NCBI GenBank assembly: GCA_030390025.1
Contig: CM059438.1
Span: forward strand, 17,112,001 to 17,176,000
Origin: Squalus acanthias
Taxonomy: Eukaryota
Reading direction: 5' to 3'
Length of the DNA stretch: 64,000 nt
Position 1 is the first letter of the stretch, and every line of letters begins with the position of its first letter. Below the pieces are notes generated by a model. That model saw only the letters and a program-made list of their open reading frames with translations, was not told the origin of the DNA and did not search any database. This document shows positions 12,501-25,560 of this stretch, one piece after another. The translations under genes were made by a program, and so were the position numbers.

Positions 12501-15500
12501 ATGCAATGAGCGCGCCTGGAAGACTTCTGTTTTAAGTGAGGAAAATTTAAAATATTCTCGGCTTTTGGCCAGTTTTAAAACAAAGAACTCAAGTAGACGC
12601 CATGTTGCTACTTGTTTCATTCTGTAGGATTAAAGTTTGAGCTTTTTTTCAATTCATCAAAGGATATGCAATGACCCTGCTTGATATGAGTATACCTCTC
12701 TTTAAGACACATCTTAATCTAACCTTTTTAAGACTCTTTGCTTTCAAACTCAAAACAGCATTAAAAATAGGCATTGTTGGTCAGCCCTGGGAGACTGAGC
12801 TCCTGGCTTTCGCTGGCCAGGGCAGTGGCCCTCTGGATACACAGCTGCTTACGCGACCAAATAAGCTCTGTACAGCAAAGCAAAGCAAAGGGGGGAAAAA
12901 ATGAAAAGACGAGATTAAGAATCTTCGCAAATGTTCCATCTTTCGTTATCGACTGCAGCCTAGCGTGAGGTGTCAATTTTCAGCTCTAAAGAGAGGACAC
13001 AAATTCGCAGCGGTCCCATTATGCGGTCTCTTCGCTCATTGTATATTCCGTCAACGAAGTCAATCTTATTAACTTCCGCTCTGGTTCACACATGACATTT
13101 TCTTCAATTTTCTTGCCAACATCAAAAACATCAATTAGCAGCTAGAAAATAGGAAGGAACAAATGACAGAGCCCGATAACGTCAACTATTTGAAACAGAG
13201 GGTAAATCTATTCTGCAGTACTGAATGCATTCATTACCAATTCATTTTCAAAGGAGGCTTCCAAATAGCAAAGAAAATTAAATTTATCATCTAGAAATGT
13301 CCAGAAATTGTTTGTATTTTAATCCTATATCTACAGCGCCATTTCCAAATGCAACATGAAGAAATGTTACCTAGTTTTAGGTTTACACAATGCAACTTGG
13401 GAGAGAAGTTGGAATTAGAAGGGTTCAGCAGTATTCAGAACGCATCGAGTTACAAATAGAAACCGGAAATAAATGTGACCATCCGGACTTACTCCAATAT
13501 TTCTACACTTTATTGACCCTACTTTCCTAAATTTAAGTTACAAGAAAGATCCCTTCGTCCATCGAAATGAGACACAAATTACGAACTTAATTGCTTTGTT
13601 CAGCAGACTTTGTTCACTGGATCACTGACATGTAGCTAAAAGTGTATCGTGGCAAACCTTGTTTTACAATACTTAAGTAAAAGCCATTTCTGCTGATGTG
13701 CCTGCTTTATGAGAAGGCTTTCATGCTTGTATTACATCTCCTAGGGAGTGAATAAAAGCAAATTTAGTGACTGCTGAAGACGACTGCTCGGAATTAATGT
13801 GAACAGAAAAGAGCAGCTACACCAAATAAACAGATCACTTTCCTCTGGCCATTGATTTCTTGATCTTTTGACATTATTTACGAGCTTCCTATTCTCTTTC
13901 CTGTCTTTTTTCCAATGTCACAAAGGAAAAATGTCTAAACAGCTGATGGCAGGATTATCAATTAGCTGTCAAGATTCTGCTTTCCAGCACTGAACAATAC
14001 CTGCCATAATGCTGAAGATCGGTAATACAACGAGACACAGCTAATACAGTGCTCTCTGCATATAGACTTGGATGGCACAGTGGCAAGTCTTGATGAAATT
14101 TGTGTCTCGATCATTTCTACAAATATATTGATTTATCTAGTCGTAACCGAATACATATTGTAAATTATAATTAAGAATTTATATTTAGTATCAGATAACA
14201 TTGACTTGCAAATATACATTTTTCTTCTCAAAATGTAGGGTGGTGGCAGATAGGGTGCTCGATTCCTACCGCAAAAGCTCTTGTAAACACATTCCATTGA
14301 CATTGTAATCATTTCTTTTGGTGCATGCTAGGACCTAACCTTGGTGCTTCTATGTATTCTGTTTATAAAGGGGGTGAGAAGAGAAAGAGAAAGAAGAAAT
14401 GTCTTAACTTAATGATTAAGTTGACAATAATAGTGTATTGAGGATGATTACATTCATTCCAGCAATCGTGGTCAAGATTGCCACCAAAAGTGCAGTTCTG
14501 CTTTTAAAGACTTCTGCAAGCTGTGTGTAATTAAGAGTCAGAGAAGTACAATTTATTCAGTGTTTCACTGGATCTAGGACTCTTCGTGTACAATTTTAGT
14601 GTCAGCTTATAAATCATTCTAAAACAAGACCAGTAAAGGAAAATACCCCTATAGTTTGTGTTAACAGGTTTTGTAAGGTTACCTATCCTTTACAAATAAA
14701 ATTTCAGTTGTAAATCTATAATTACAAGGTAAGAATAGTGATGATACATAAATCATTACATAGTTAGGGGGGGTCACAAAAAGAATAAGCTAATAATGTA
14801 AGATGATCCACATCTTAACTGACATCTATAAAAGTACGTGTTCACGTAAAATACAACACACTTAAAATCATTTCAATTTATTTAGCAACTGTCTGTGTGT
14901 TACTTTCAGTTTGTAAGAATCTGCATTAGAATTTCACAATTCTTGTAGCCTTTTAAGTGGTAGAACACACATCTGGACACTGCAAGGTGCAGAAAAATTC
15001 ACTGCTCAAGTGGCTTAAGTGGGTGATGTTTGGAGGTTCTGACATATTTAAAACCAATAGCACTGCTGGGTAATTCAGTCAATGTTTTATAACTGCCTGA
15101 ATGTTCTGTGGCACCTAAAAAATTAGCATGTTCCAGAAATAGTGGCTAAAGGAGCTACAAGTACTTTCAAGCATTGCCTTAGAACATCCTGGACAATAAT
15201 CAGTCTGAATATATTTGGAGGCGGGGGGGGGGAGAGAAAGAATCTTCAAAGATTTTCCAGTACTTTAATATCTAGCTATCTTCGCTAAAAATTCCCTATC
15301 TGCAGTATCTTACAGCTCACCCACTACTGCATAGAATTCTAAAATATTACTAATTATCAGAGCCACACTACGCAATGCTAAACACCAAAGTTTTCAATTT
15401 GACATGCTTTTTTTGTTAAGTCTAACATTTTAAAATTTCTAAACCTATTCAGGGCTATTCTTTGGTGCTGCAGAAGTCAAAATCCAATGTTCTGTATAGA

Positions 15501-17339
15501 GTTATTGCTATTTTTCCTGACAATTTACATCCTTATTTGGAATAACGAACCCAAATATTTTTTATTGTTGTGTAAATAGCAAAATGTTCATTGACCAAAA
15601 GCAGCAAACAGTAACCACAAGCTGCTGATTACCGGCATTTGCGGTTGTGGTTCTGCACCATGATCTGTCCTTGAAACTGATGCCGCACACGAATCCATTA
15701 GGCGAGAGCGTTGGTGCTCTTGATCTATTATTTACAAAGAAAACCCTCCCCTTGCTTAAGTGGCCCCTATACTTCAGCCTTCATTACAAGATCATTTTTA
15801 TTCTTGTAAAAACCCCATACTCAGTTTAATCAGGCTGATAGCACCTACACCCTACCCTGTCCAGTCTCGCTGCTTGGGATTTAAAAAAAACTAGCATTCC
15901 TATCATAACACTGTCATTTGGAGCGCCGTTGTGTTTTTGACATCCAAAATTAAGTATAATTGATCAGCTGAGACCTTACGCCACTTGGCCTTTTTGATAC
16001 AAAATTTAACAGTTTGCTGCCTACTATACATGAATCTGGATTTTTCTTTTGTTACTGTAGTTTATACAGCTGCCTCTCAGATTATGCAACAATGTATAAT
16101 TAAAAACCGTTCTACGTACAGTTTTCATTAACATTTGTACTCTGTGAAGATACGTTTTAAGGAAACTACTGAGAGGATTCAATCAATGTTTTGTAAGTTT
16201 TGGCTACCACTTATAAGAAACATCTAGCAGAATATCTTTTATACCACTGTAGAACTTATTTCTGCGATATTTTATGCTTCACTAAAGTATTTACATTTCA
16301 AACCTGCAGGGCAATTTAAATGCACAACCACTACTAGTTGTTCTTAATCACATTCTCCTCCCCAGTAAATCATACAAGTATAATCCGACACATTTTTATT
16401 TAATAAAATCGATACAATTTTTATTGAGTTGTATAAATTTGTGGTGTCATTATTTGTTGTGCAGGGAAAATAGTAAGAAAAAAACACACATTAATGCCGA
16501 TTCATTTATACCACAATAATGTTATAGGTTGCACACTTCTGAAAGCACTGAATTACACTTGAGGAATTCAGACTGCTTGCCTTAATCATTTTGACATTTA
16601 ACTAGCAATTATTAATTCAATTTGTCTTTATTACAGCCACCAGAGACTGATGGATAACCATCACTAGATATGGTACAGCACTGCATGACAGAAAATTGCA
16701 GAACAATGCAATATTATAGATAGAGCTGTTAAGCAGCTGCTAATACTGTACAGCTGAGACTCCCTTTCAGGTGCACACCATTACCTCGGCCACGGTTGGT
16801 CTAAGCATCAGCAAAAATACTACAACGTTAAACTATTCAGGTCAATGTCTCTTTTAGAATGCAAAAAAAGATTTATACGCCGGACAAAACATACTTAAGG
16901 AAGAGTCACTAGCCACCTCCCAAAACAAACTATTCAATAGTCAAAATGCACTTCTAATCTTACATGAAAATAAATCCTACTTTTCTATTAGCCAAAGAAA
17001 CAACAGATTTGGTAGGCCACTAAAACATTGCCAACCCACATCTTTTTGAATATGCATAAATAGTGCAGACATTCTCCTCCTCAAATCTACTTTACTTTGA
17101 AAGGCAGTAGCAACTCCATATGATTTGTTTAAATGGACAGTGTTAAGACATCTGACATCCTGACTATGTGTGGAAACACTCATTGTCACAAGCAGAATCT
17201 GCGCACAGTAAAGTTGAAAGCAACCGGGCTTCCAAAACTTGTAATGTAGTAGCATAACTCATATTTTGATAGCCTGGGGCTACTGTGAATTTCCATCCCT
17301 ATTTTGTACATTCATAAGGTACCAAACAACCAAGAGTTT

Positions 17340-17800
17340 TAAAGAATAGGACGTTATTTTGCCCATCATGGCTGCACTGCCTCAAACCATTTATTTTCCC
17401 CCCAAATATCCATCCACTTCCCTTTCAAAAGCTTTTGTGGATTCTGCTTCCACCATCGTTACTGGTCGGGCATTCCATGTCCTAATAGCCCGCTGTATAT
17501 GTTTTTATTAAATCTTCCAAATTCTCCTTTTGTTCTTTTTGATGATCTTAACTGCTTCTAGTTAGGACTCAATGACCAGTGGAAATATAGTTTTTCCCCT
17601 ATTTACTTAGCAAAACCGCACGTAATTTTAAACACCTCTCAGATCTCCTCTCAACTTTCTCTGTTCTCGGCGAGAAGAGCCCAAGTTTTTCTAATCTCTC
17701 CTTATAACTAAAGCTTTTCACCCCCCATATCATCTTCGGAATGTCTTCTGCACCCTCTCCATGGCCCCGACATCCTTCCTAAAGTAGTGTGCACAAAACT
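17340..17800 (-). mobile_element. Degraded CR1 LINE 3' fragment
   Basis: The reverse complement resembles the CR1 ORF2 C-terminal region (L-x-LFS-x-x-RR-L-RGDL-type segment, then GTGGAAGCAGA...TTTTGAAAGGGAAGTGGAT) seen in other CR1 copies in this window. Confidence 0.7.
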
Positions 17801-17889
17801 AGAAATGGGGTAAGTTTTGTTTTTCATTTTAAGCACCTACTACAGTATTAAGATTAGGCACTCCTAAATCAGATGTGAGCTTGCTTCTA

Positions 17890-17990
17890 TTCTACCTCCA
17901 CAAACTGGCATAACCCCAGTCCTCCAACAATTTCCACCCATCAGTGCGACTGAATTCAAAACCTAGAAGTGAAAGAATACTGTACTAATA
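17890..17990 (-). mobile_element. Short LF-SINE-like SINE head fragment
   Basis: Minus strand TTTCACTTCTAGGTTTTGAATTCAGTCGCACTGATGGGTGGAAA is similar to the copies at 21.3, 54.2 and 63.0 kb. Confidence 0.35.
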
Positions 17991-18029
17991 TAATCTGAAG
18001 GCCCTAATCCATAGACATCACAGTATTCC

Positions 18030-18250
18030 AGTACCTTGCTGCAGTGTCCATTCTTGATGTGTGAACACTGGCGAGCAACTTGACCATTCGGGGCATCACA
18101 GTGAGCCCTGTGCTGTGCTGTCCTCACCAGACATTCCTTAACATGTACTTCCCGTGTCAGCCCTGGCTAACTTAGCATAAGCCAAGGATCACGCTTGGAA
18201 ACTTCCAATTCAATATTGCTCAGTCGCATTTATGCATTGACCCGTTCAGG
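18030..18250 (-). mobile_element. SINE-like family B fragment
   Basis: Shares GGTGAGGACAG...CTGTGATGCCC...AAGAATGG.CAC motifs with the copies at 30.4 and 44.6 kb. Confidence 0.5.
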
Positions 18251-18944
18251 ACCACTAAAGGTATTTTAATGTCATGGCTAACGGTGGATTTTTTTTTTTT
18301 TTTTACTTGTTTTTAACAAATTCTTACAAGAGCTATTGTTCAATGCAGAGGAAATGTTAAGCTTTGCTTTAAAATATAAAAGCCGTCAAATTATAGTATT
18401 TAGTGCGGGATGGTAAAAATACTGCCCATTTTATTTCAGCATTAACAAGCACTATATGATACTCTGTGACACATGGCTTTCGTGTAAAGGAGATTACGTG
18501 TGATGGAGGAAGACCCTATCCTAGTGAGCAAAGTAATGAGGAAATGTCATCTTCACAGGACTTTTTAAAAAAGAGAAGTGAATCAGACTTTATTTAATAA
18601 TACAACAAATACTTGAGTTAAACAAGTTTATCCCCAAACCAAATATTTTGCATTAAAGAAATAAATACATTAACATTTGATAGAACAGAAACCACAACAT
18701 ACCAGCTTACAGACTGCACAATTACACAGCTAGATAGTGCAAGATAGTAATCATGCAGAAATGCAGGAACGGAATGCAGTCCCATATTCCTTTTTTTATA
18801 AATCGTGTTTAAATCCTTTTTACATAGACTTTAAATCACAAGGTGATATCAAAGTATGTAGAAAGAAAGAAGCATTTAAGAGCAGTGAGAAAATTATTAC
18901 ATAGGAAAAAATGCTTCCATTTATGTAGTCGAGATCAAAGAAAA

Positions 18945-19120
18945 AAACAACACAAATGCTGGAACTCAGAAATTAAACAGAAAACACTGGAAATACACAG
19001 CTGGTCAATCAGCAGCTGTTAACAAAAGCTAGGTTAATATGGCTAATAAAAGGTTATATCCAAAACGTTAACCTATCTTTCTCTTTCAGGTGCTGATTGA
19101 CCTACTGTGTACTTCTAATC
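18945..19120. mobile_element. Palindromic Penelope-like terminal relic
   Basis: AAATGCTGGAA...GGAAATACACAGCTGGTCAATCAGCAGCTG and its inverted counterpart CAGGTGCTGATTGACCTACTGTGTACTTC, with AAACGTTAAC core. Related copies at 45.5, 46.3 and 59.4 kb. Confidence 0.55.
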
Positions 19121-20802
19121 CCTTTTTATATGCTGGATAGACATCCTGTTCGTAGCCAATAACGAATGAGATGGCTAAAGGTATGGCTTTCTGAAGAAAT
19201 TCAGATTTGTTTCTATCCCAGTCAAAAAAATGTTCAGTTGCTACAAATTTTCTTTCCCCGCTTTCAAATACTCTGATTATCTCTTCATGGCTTTTAATTG
19301 GTGGTTTAATTCTGTGATAAACAAGATTTATACCTCGCCTGCACACCTCCTCTTGCCTTGCACAGTGAAAGTATTTTTTATGATTTATGAAGAGTAAAGT
19401 CCTTAATTCCAGGGAAGGGTCTGTTCAAAAACCATAAAACCTTCACACTTCATAACAGTCTTTACCATTTGCTGCTTAATGCAATCATAGCAGACAAACT
19501 GTCGGGATCACTATCCGCTTGGAGTTAATCAACCGTTCAGCCTAGTCTGTTCATTCTGTAATATTACATGGAATGCAACACTGTGCACTTAATACCTTGC
19601 TGCAGTTATGTGGCAATTCTCGGCTTGATGATGCCCAAAGGGTGCAATTACCTTCAATTACACCAAGTAATTTTTATTATGGAATTCTAGTTGACCACAC
19701 CACATAAGAAGTTGGAATATTCAGCCATTTCCACTCAATTCACAAATAGTGTATATGTAATTCTGTGCTTTTGAAACTTAAAACGTAGGATTTAATCACA
19801 GAACGATGTTTGATTCTTTACGAATGTAAGCAAAAAGTCTATAGCGGATCCAAATGAAGTAATAATTTGTGTATAAAACTTCAGCCCAAAAGAAAGAGAT
19901 TTATAAATTAATCTTTTCAAGATTTGTCAAAGATTTATTTTAACAGCACTGTACTACATAAAATTCAGATTATTTGTAACCAATTAAAAGTAGTGAATAA
20001 TTGTTCAGTACTTGCCAGAAAAGAGTATAAAATCTATTGCCAGGGCGTCCTTTAATTGCTACTTTTAATGCACTGCACCAATTACTGTTTCAGAAGGAAC
20101 CGATTATGTAATACGTGCAAGACAGTGAACATGGGAAGGGGAAGAAAAATCAAATCTGGAACTTTTTCATGACAATCTAAATTGCTTTTTTCTTGATGGC
20201 AAGGTCAATTTTCTCAGCTCAGTGTTAGAATGCTACAGGGACTTAATAATCACTGCTAGATCTTCTCTACGGGTTCAAACATCTTGGGAGATTATTCAGC
20301 CGCAGTTTCAAGAATTGTACATCATATTTACTTTTTCTATATGCCAATTGATCTGGAATCAATTGGTTTGCACAGAGTTAACTGCCAATTTGTGATGAAT
20401 GAATATTCTAGATTTAGAGAATAGGAAAAACCTTAATTCTTTCAGTCAGATTGGATTTGAAACTATAATTCTAGCCTCCGCTGCAATCTAGCATTCAGCA
20501 TGGCCTTGAATGCTCGAAGAATTGTGTGTCTGGTTGCACCCATCAGTACATGCAAAAGAGTACGCATAATTGACGTAACACACCAGAGTTTAGCTACCTT
20601 CACAGGCAGAGAATCCTTCCCCCAAGCATATCCATCCCAAAACAATCATTCAGCCTCCCATGGATCAACTGCAAAGTTTTGTTTCTAAGGCCCGACAACC
20701 TTTGTCTGAAAGTAGCAAGTCTACAGAAGCAATAATCGACCTCATCAGAAACTGTTCTCTGCAAAGGTTATCAAAAAGGCGATTTGGAATGTTAGTCTTA
20801 CC

Positions 20803-21310
20803 TCAAGGGGATTGGAATTCAAAAGTGAGGAAGTGATGTTTTTGTTGTACAGAGACTTGGTCAGACCCCATCTGGAGTACTGCATTTAGTTTTGGGCACC
20901 GAACCTCAGGAAGGATATATTGGCCTTGGAAGGGGTACAGCAAAGATTCACCAGGATTATACCAAGGCTTAAAGGGTTCAGTTAGGAGAACAGGTTGCAT
21001 AAACTTGGCTACTATTCTCGAGTTCAGAAGGTTGAGGGGTGATCTAATCGAGCTCTTCAAAATGATAAAAAGGGATTCAACACAGAAAAAACTATTTCCT
21101 CTAGTGGGGAATCCAGAAGAGGGCATAATCTTGAAATTAGAGCTATGCAGTTTAGGACTGTAACCAGGAGGCACCTTTTCACACAAAGGGTAGTGGAATT
21201 CTGGAACTCACTCTCCCAAAAGAATGTGGATAGTGGGTCAAATGAAATTTTCAAGACTGAGATCGAGATTTTTTATTAGGTAAGGGCATCAACAGATAGG
21301 GAACAAAGTT
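20803..21310 (+). mobile_element. CR1 LINE 3' fragment
   Basis: Encodes L-Y-R-x-L-V-R-P-H-L-E-Y-C-x-x-F-W-A-P, then R-R-L-R-G-D-L-I-E, then R-V-V-E-F-W-N-S-L, homologous to 28515-28994. Confidence 0.85.
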
Positions 21311-21314
21311 GGAG

Positions 21315-21485
21315 TTGAGCTGGCGGTTCGATCTTACACTGTGTCAGAACACGGCCTAGTCCCCTCTGGGCCCTGGGTGTGAAACTGGCCCAGACTGATG
21401 GGGTGAATGTCTCCTCTCTCTGCAAGCTGTAAGCATTCCAAGTAAAATAGTTTGTTCAGTCTCAGCTTGGCTCCAAGTATGCTAA
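21315..21485 (+). mobile_element. LF-SINE-like SINE fragment
   Basis: CCCCTCTGGGCCCTGGGT...GCCCAGACTGATGGGGTGAATGTC...AAATAGTTTGTTCAGTCTCAGC aligns to the minus-strand copies at 54.2 and 63.0 kb. Confidence 0.45.
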
Positions 21486-21520
21486 GTCCATGGTTAAAAA
21501 AAACACTACTTATAATTCAA

Positions 21521-21925
21521 CACAAATTGAAGACTTCACTTGAGGATGGGAAATGAAGATATTACTCCAGTAAAAGTCAGAAGTACTCTTCAGATGTCGA
21601 GACCAGGCTCGTGATTGGGCCAGTACAAAAGGAGCGTTGCTTTGTGTGTAATCTATGCAGTGCTTGATGTGGGGGTGATTTATATAAAATACTGAGTGGA
21701 AAATTTGGAAAAATCCTGCTGTTTTCCACATTATACTCATATTTAAACACATCTCGTATTTCATAATGAAAGGTCACTACACTCAATTGAACTAACTTAG
21801 TTTAGGCACAAAGCCCCTTTTGTGCTGGCCCAATCATGAGCCTGGTCTCAACCTCTGAGGAGTACTTCTGACTTTACCAGTGTAATATCTTCCTTTCTGA
21901 TCCTTGTGAGTGAGGTCAATTTGTG
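21521..21925. repeat. Long imperfect inverted repeat (arms about 21521-21646 and 21807-21925)
   Basis: AAAGTCAGAAGTACTCTTCAGATGTCGAGACCAGGCTCGTGATTGGGCCAGTACAAAAGG versus the reverse complement of the right arm AAAGTCAGAAGTACTCCTCAGAGGTTGAGACCAGGCTCATGATTGGGCCAGCACAAAAGG. Both outer ends read CACAAATTGA. Confidence 0.85.
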
Positions 21926-22518
21926 GGGGGGGGGGGGGGGTTTTACTCTGGAGGTAGCACACTAGGAGCGAGGATGAGACTGGACAAACTAATTTATGTA
22001 TGCATGTGAATGATGGAGGAGCTGTGGGATACAATTTATAGCCTATGAGTAGGCAAATCTATCACAAAGGAGTTATGGTCAGTGCCATAGGTGGGAAATA
22101 TATTCTATATGTCGTTGCTCCTGGTCATGTGTTTTTAAAGCCACTTTAAGTAACTGAAAATGTTAACGTTAGATGTAAAATTTTAATTGGAATCACAATT
22201 GATGTGAGGAATGCAAGGAAGTGCTGGTTTCACTATGAAATTCACCCCATTTACCCATTACACTATTTTTTCTCAATTGTAACATTCATGAAATATGAAA
22301 CTATATTCAGCAGTGGTAAAAATTCTTTACGGGGCAGAATCTATCTTAATGGAGACAGGGAAAGCACAGAATTTTAAAACTCTGATGCTAGAATTAAAAT
22401 ATGTAACAGGTATTTCAACAACTATTCTCTTGTCCGACTTGATGAAAGTTATAAAAATATTCAATTTTAGGGAATACTTACCCCACTCAAAGTGGTTATA
22501 TTGGTATTTACTAAAGTA

Positions 22519-22943
22519 CAGGAAACTTTCGTTTATCCGGCATCGACGGGACCGGCGTGGTGCCGGTTTATCGAAAGTACCGGATAACAGAGAGTTATAT
22601 CTACCGAGGCTATTTTTAACAAAGAGACTCCAAGCAGCACTGGAGAATCTACTCATGCGACTGCAATGTTTCGGACTTGCGACAGCGCCAGGAGGCCGAG
22701 TAGTGGCAATTTTGAAAAGTACCCCTACTGACTTAATCGGCGTTCGCGGACTCGGACTCGGACTCGGGATCGGCAACATTGCCGGTTATTTGAGAGGATT
22801 TTTCGGAGCACTCGGCGTTCGCGGAGACTCGACTGCGACTCGGCAACATTGCCGGTTATTTGAGAGGAGTTTTCGGAGGATGATTTTTGCCGGTTAAGCG
22901 AGAATTCCGGATATTTGGGTGCCGGATAAACGAAAGTTTCCTG
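22519..22943. mobile_element. Non-autonomous Tc1/mariner-pogo (Tigger-like) MITE, copy 1
   Basis: Perfect 24-bp TIRs CAGGAAACTTTCGTTTATCCGGCA, TA target duplication (22517-18 and 22944-45), subterminal TATCCGG/TAACCGG motifs, CpG-rich (young), and an internal tandem duplication of about 70 bp at about 22739-22878. Confidence 0.9.
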
Positions 22944-23589
22944 TACTGGTGCATAAGCATGATAGCAAGGTGGCACCAAATACAAACCAACATGAAAGAG
23001 ACTTATTCCATCCAAAGATACTCTTACTTCATAATGAAAAGTCACTACACTAATTGAACTAACTCTGTTTTCACAGTACTCTGTAGCCCAGAACATGACT
23101 ACATTAGAGAAGCCGGGAGCACCAGACGTTATCTATAGGGTCTTGCCTGAATTAAGTTTTGTGTAAACGGTTTATAAATCACTGCTATAAAGAAAGAAAA
23201 AAGCCAGAAGACAACATTTATATTAAAACGGCAGATCATGATTTGGGGGTTTCCCCACTGTAAAACATAAAAATGTAAAACATAAAAATGCCTGAACATG
23301 AAAGTCAGAAGAGATTTAAAAACAGGAGGACTACACAAACAGAACAACTGCACCAGTTACTGGAATATCAGGATACCCCTTAAGTCCAATGCTGAATTCT
23401 AAAAGGCTAAGAGTAAAAATGGGACTTAAACCTAGACTTCAAAACATTGAGCATCAGATTTTGAACACCTAAACCTTGTTATGACAAACCAACATTATAG
23501 ATTTCCCAATGTAACAAAATTTCCACTCCCTGTTGAACCCCATCAATTTGTAAAAACAAAGTTTAACTGTAAGCTTCCATTTCTAAAGC

Positions 23590-23648
23590 ATTAATTGTGC
23601 TTCCTGATGTTGTGAAAGGCACTATATAAATGCAACCCCTTCCTTCCA
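23590..23648 (+). mobile_element. L2/DeuSINE 3' tail fragment
   Basis: TCCTGATGTTGTGAAAGGCACTATATAAATGCAA matches the SINE tail at about 32070-32101. Confidence 0.5.
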
Positions 23649-24959
23649 TTAATTCGCATACATACATTTTATATAACCACACACGTATAATATATATCCC
23701 AGACATATACTAAAATTACAGCTGAAACATTGCTTAAGAGAAATTACAGAGATCCTTGGGTATCCTCCTCCACATTAGTGGCAGAGGAGATAAGATAATG
23801 TAAGAAATCAGCTTGAATATCATGTGAAAGGATCAGTACAAAGCAACTCACAGTACAATGCATTATTAATAATTTTCTGTCACTATACCAGAAATGCTTA
23901 AGAAGCGAGATGTAACAATGCTCCTTCAGGACTTGAGTGTTACCAATCACATCTTTAATCCTGCTCCTCAAGTAATTTATGCTGGGTAAACAGAATTCTA
24001 AAGCTGCATTTTTTTTTTTGTGTTGGTCTTAAGTAGAACTGTGGGATGATTTCTTGTCAATGCTATCTGGAGCAGTATCATAAGCGCATTCCAAATGGAT
24101 GGCATTTTCGATTTCGCTAGAAATGCTGACGAGCAGAAATACTCGCGCACGGTGATGCCGCGACACGTAAAAAAATCATCCCCGCTGAAAAACCACAAAA
24201 TTGTAACCAAACGCAAACATGGTGAAGCTTATTTACAAAAATTTCAAGTCTTTTCAAGAGAGAAAGATTAGATTCTGAATTGTGTTTGTGCATCTTGGGA
24301 GTTTTCAAACAATTACAGCATGGCGAGAGGATGCCAAGTAATTAACTTTTGTTTTTTTTTTAAAAAAAGAGCCAGCCAAAAATAAAACTGCACACCAGCT
24401 TAAGTTACATTTAATCCTTAAACAGAATTAAATAAAATACACTATTATCAATAACCTGTTATTTAAAAGTACTAAACCCTAAGCTAGGAGACTGTGGAAT
24501 GCATTTTCCTCCATTTGGCCACACATTTTTGGGCATACATGGAGCAGCCGCCAATGAACCAAAATCAAACATTTGAGGTCCAGTGTCAGCGCACCACTGC
24601 AGAAACGTACCAGCAGACTTCCCTCTCTAATATTTTCACCATATTTCAAAGTTTTTACCAAGACTGGGCCTCAGAATCAGAGGGCTTTCCCTTGGGCTTC
24701 CCCCATTCCTCTGCATTGAAGAAGAAGGGGAGGGGTGGGGGGTGGGGAGGATCAGGAGGCCCACTGCAGGGACCCCAGGCAGATCAGATTGCTGCTGACC
24801 CCCTTCCTGCTAATACCCATGCTCCCACACAAATCTGTAAATGAGTTGTTCCAGCTGTCAATTAGCTGCAGGACACATAATGGTGCACTTCAGCTAACCA
24901 AGATCTGATGCCACTACTAAATGAATCCTGCCACCATGATTCCTTTTTGGTAACAAGTT

Positions 24960-25560
24960 CAACTTAGTCGCCAGTTGGCATGGAGCTCTTCTTCGCAATT
25001 ACCAAGTCTCCCAGTTGGAGATCCACATGCTACTCCTTTGCACAGGCACGCCCGACCGTGCTCAATCGGCACACATCCCATCAGTGACAATAACATCTCA
25101 CTGATAAACAGAAGGAAGGTTATCAGATTTGTTAAGGCCACCATGGCTCCTCTTGGTGTCTCCTTCTGGGTGCCCTTACTATCTTAGCTACCTGCTTCCC
25201 CTAAGGTGCAAGAGGTTCTGAAGAGTTTGCAACCCAAGTTTCAGAAGGCATTCCTTCATGGGATGAGGTGACACTCACTGGCAAGGCAACCTCCTTCCAT
25301 CAACCCAGATTATGCCTTTCATTGGACTCTTATCCCTTCAGAGCCTAAAAACTTTGCTGGATTACAGATAGTCCTACCTCAACTCAAGAGTCTTTAAAAT
25401 TGTGGGCTCAGTCACCTGAAGAAGCACCAGCCTCGGACAGTGCTTATGGTTAGACACAAAATGACTGCCATGATCCTTTCAGCTGCTGCACTAGCACTGG
25501 ATTATAATCGCTGTCTTGTCAACAAGGAAGGGCATGACAGGACAGAACAGGACAGAGATA
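24960..25560 (+). mobile_element. Possible highly decayed PIF/Harbinger nuclease remnant
   Basis: GC-richer block with an ordered series of faint motifs: F-P-K-V-Q-like at about 25195, I-N-x-x-x-x-F-H-like at about 25300, C-H-D-x-F at about 25465. These recall Harbinger DDE motifs GFPxVQG / FINRKGFHS / SCHDAF. Heavily frameshifted. Confidence 0.25.

Noticed and set aside
22295-22897. 200-aa plus-strand ORF (and overlapping 150-aa and 123-aa minus-strand ORFs)
   Set aside because: Runs from AT-rich flank into the GC-rich MITE, with low-complexity GLGLG arising from GGACTC repeats. No transposase motifs.
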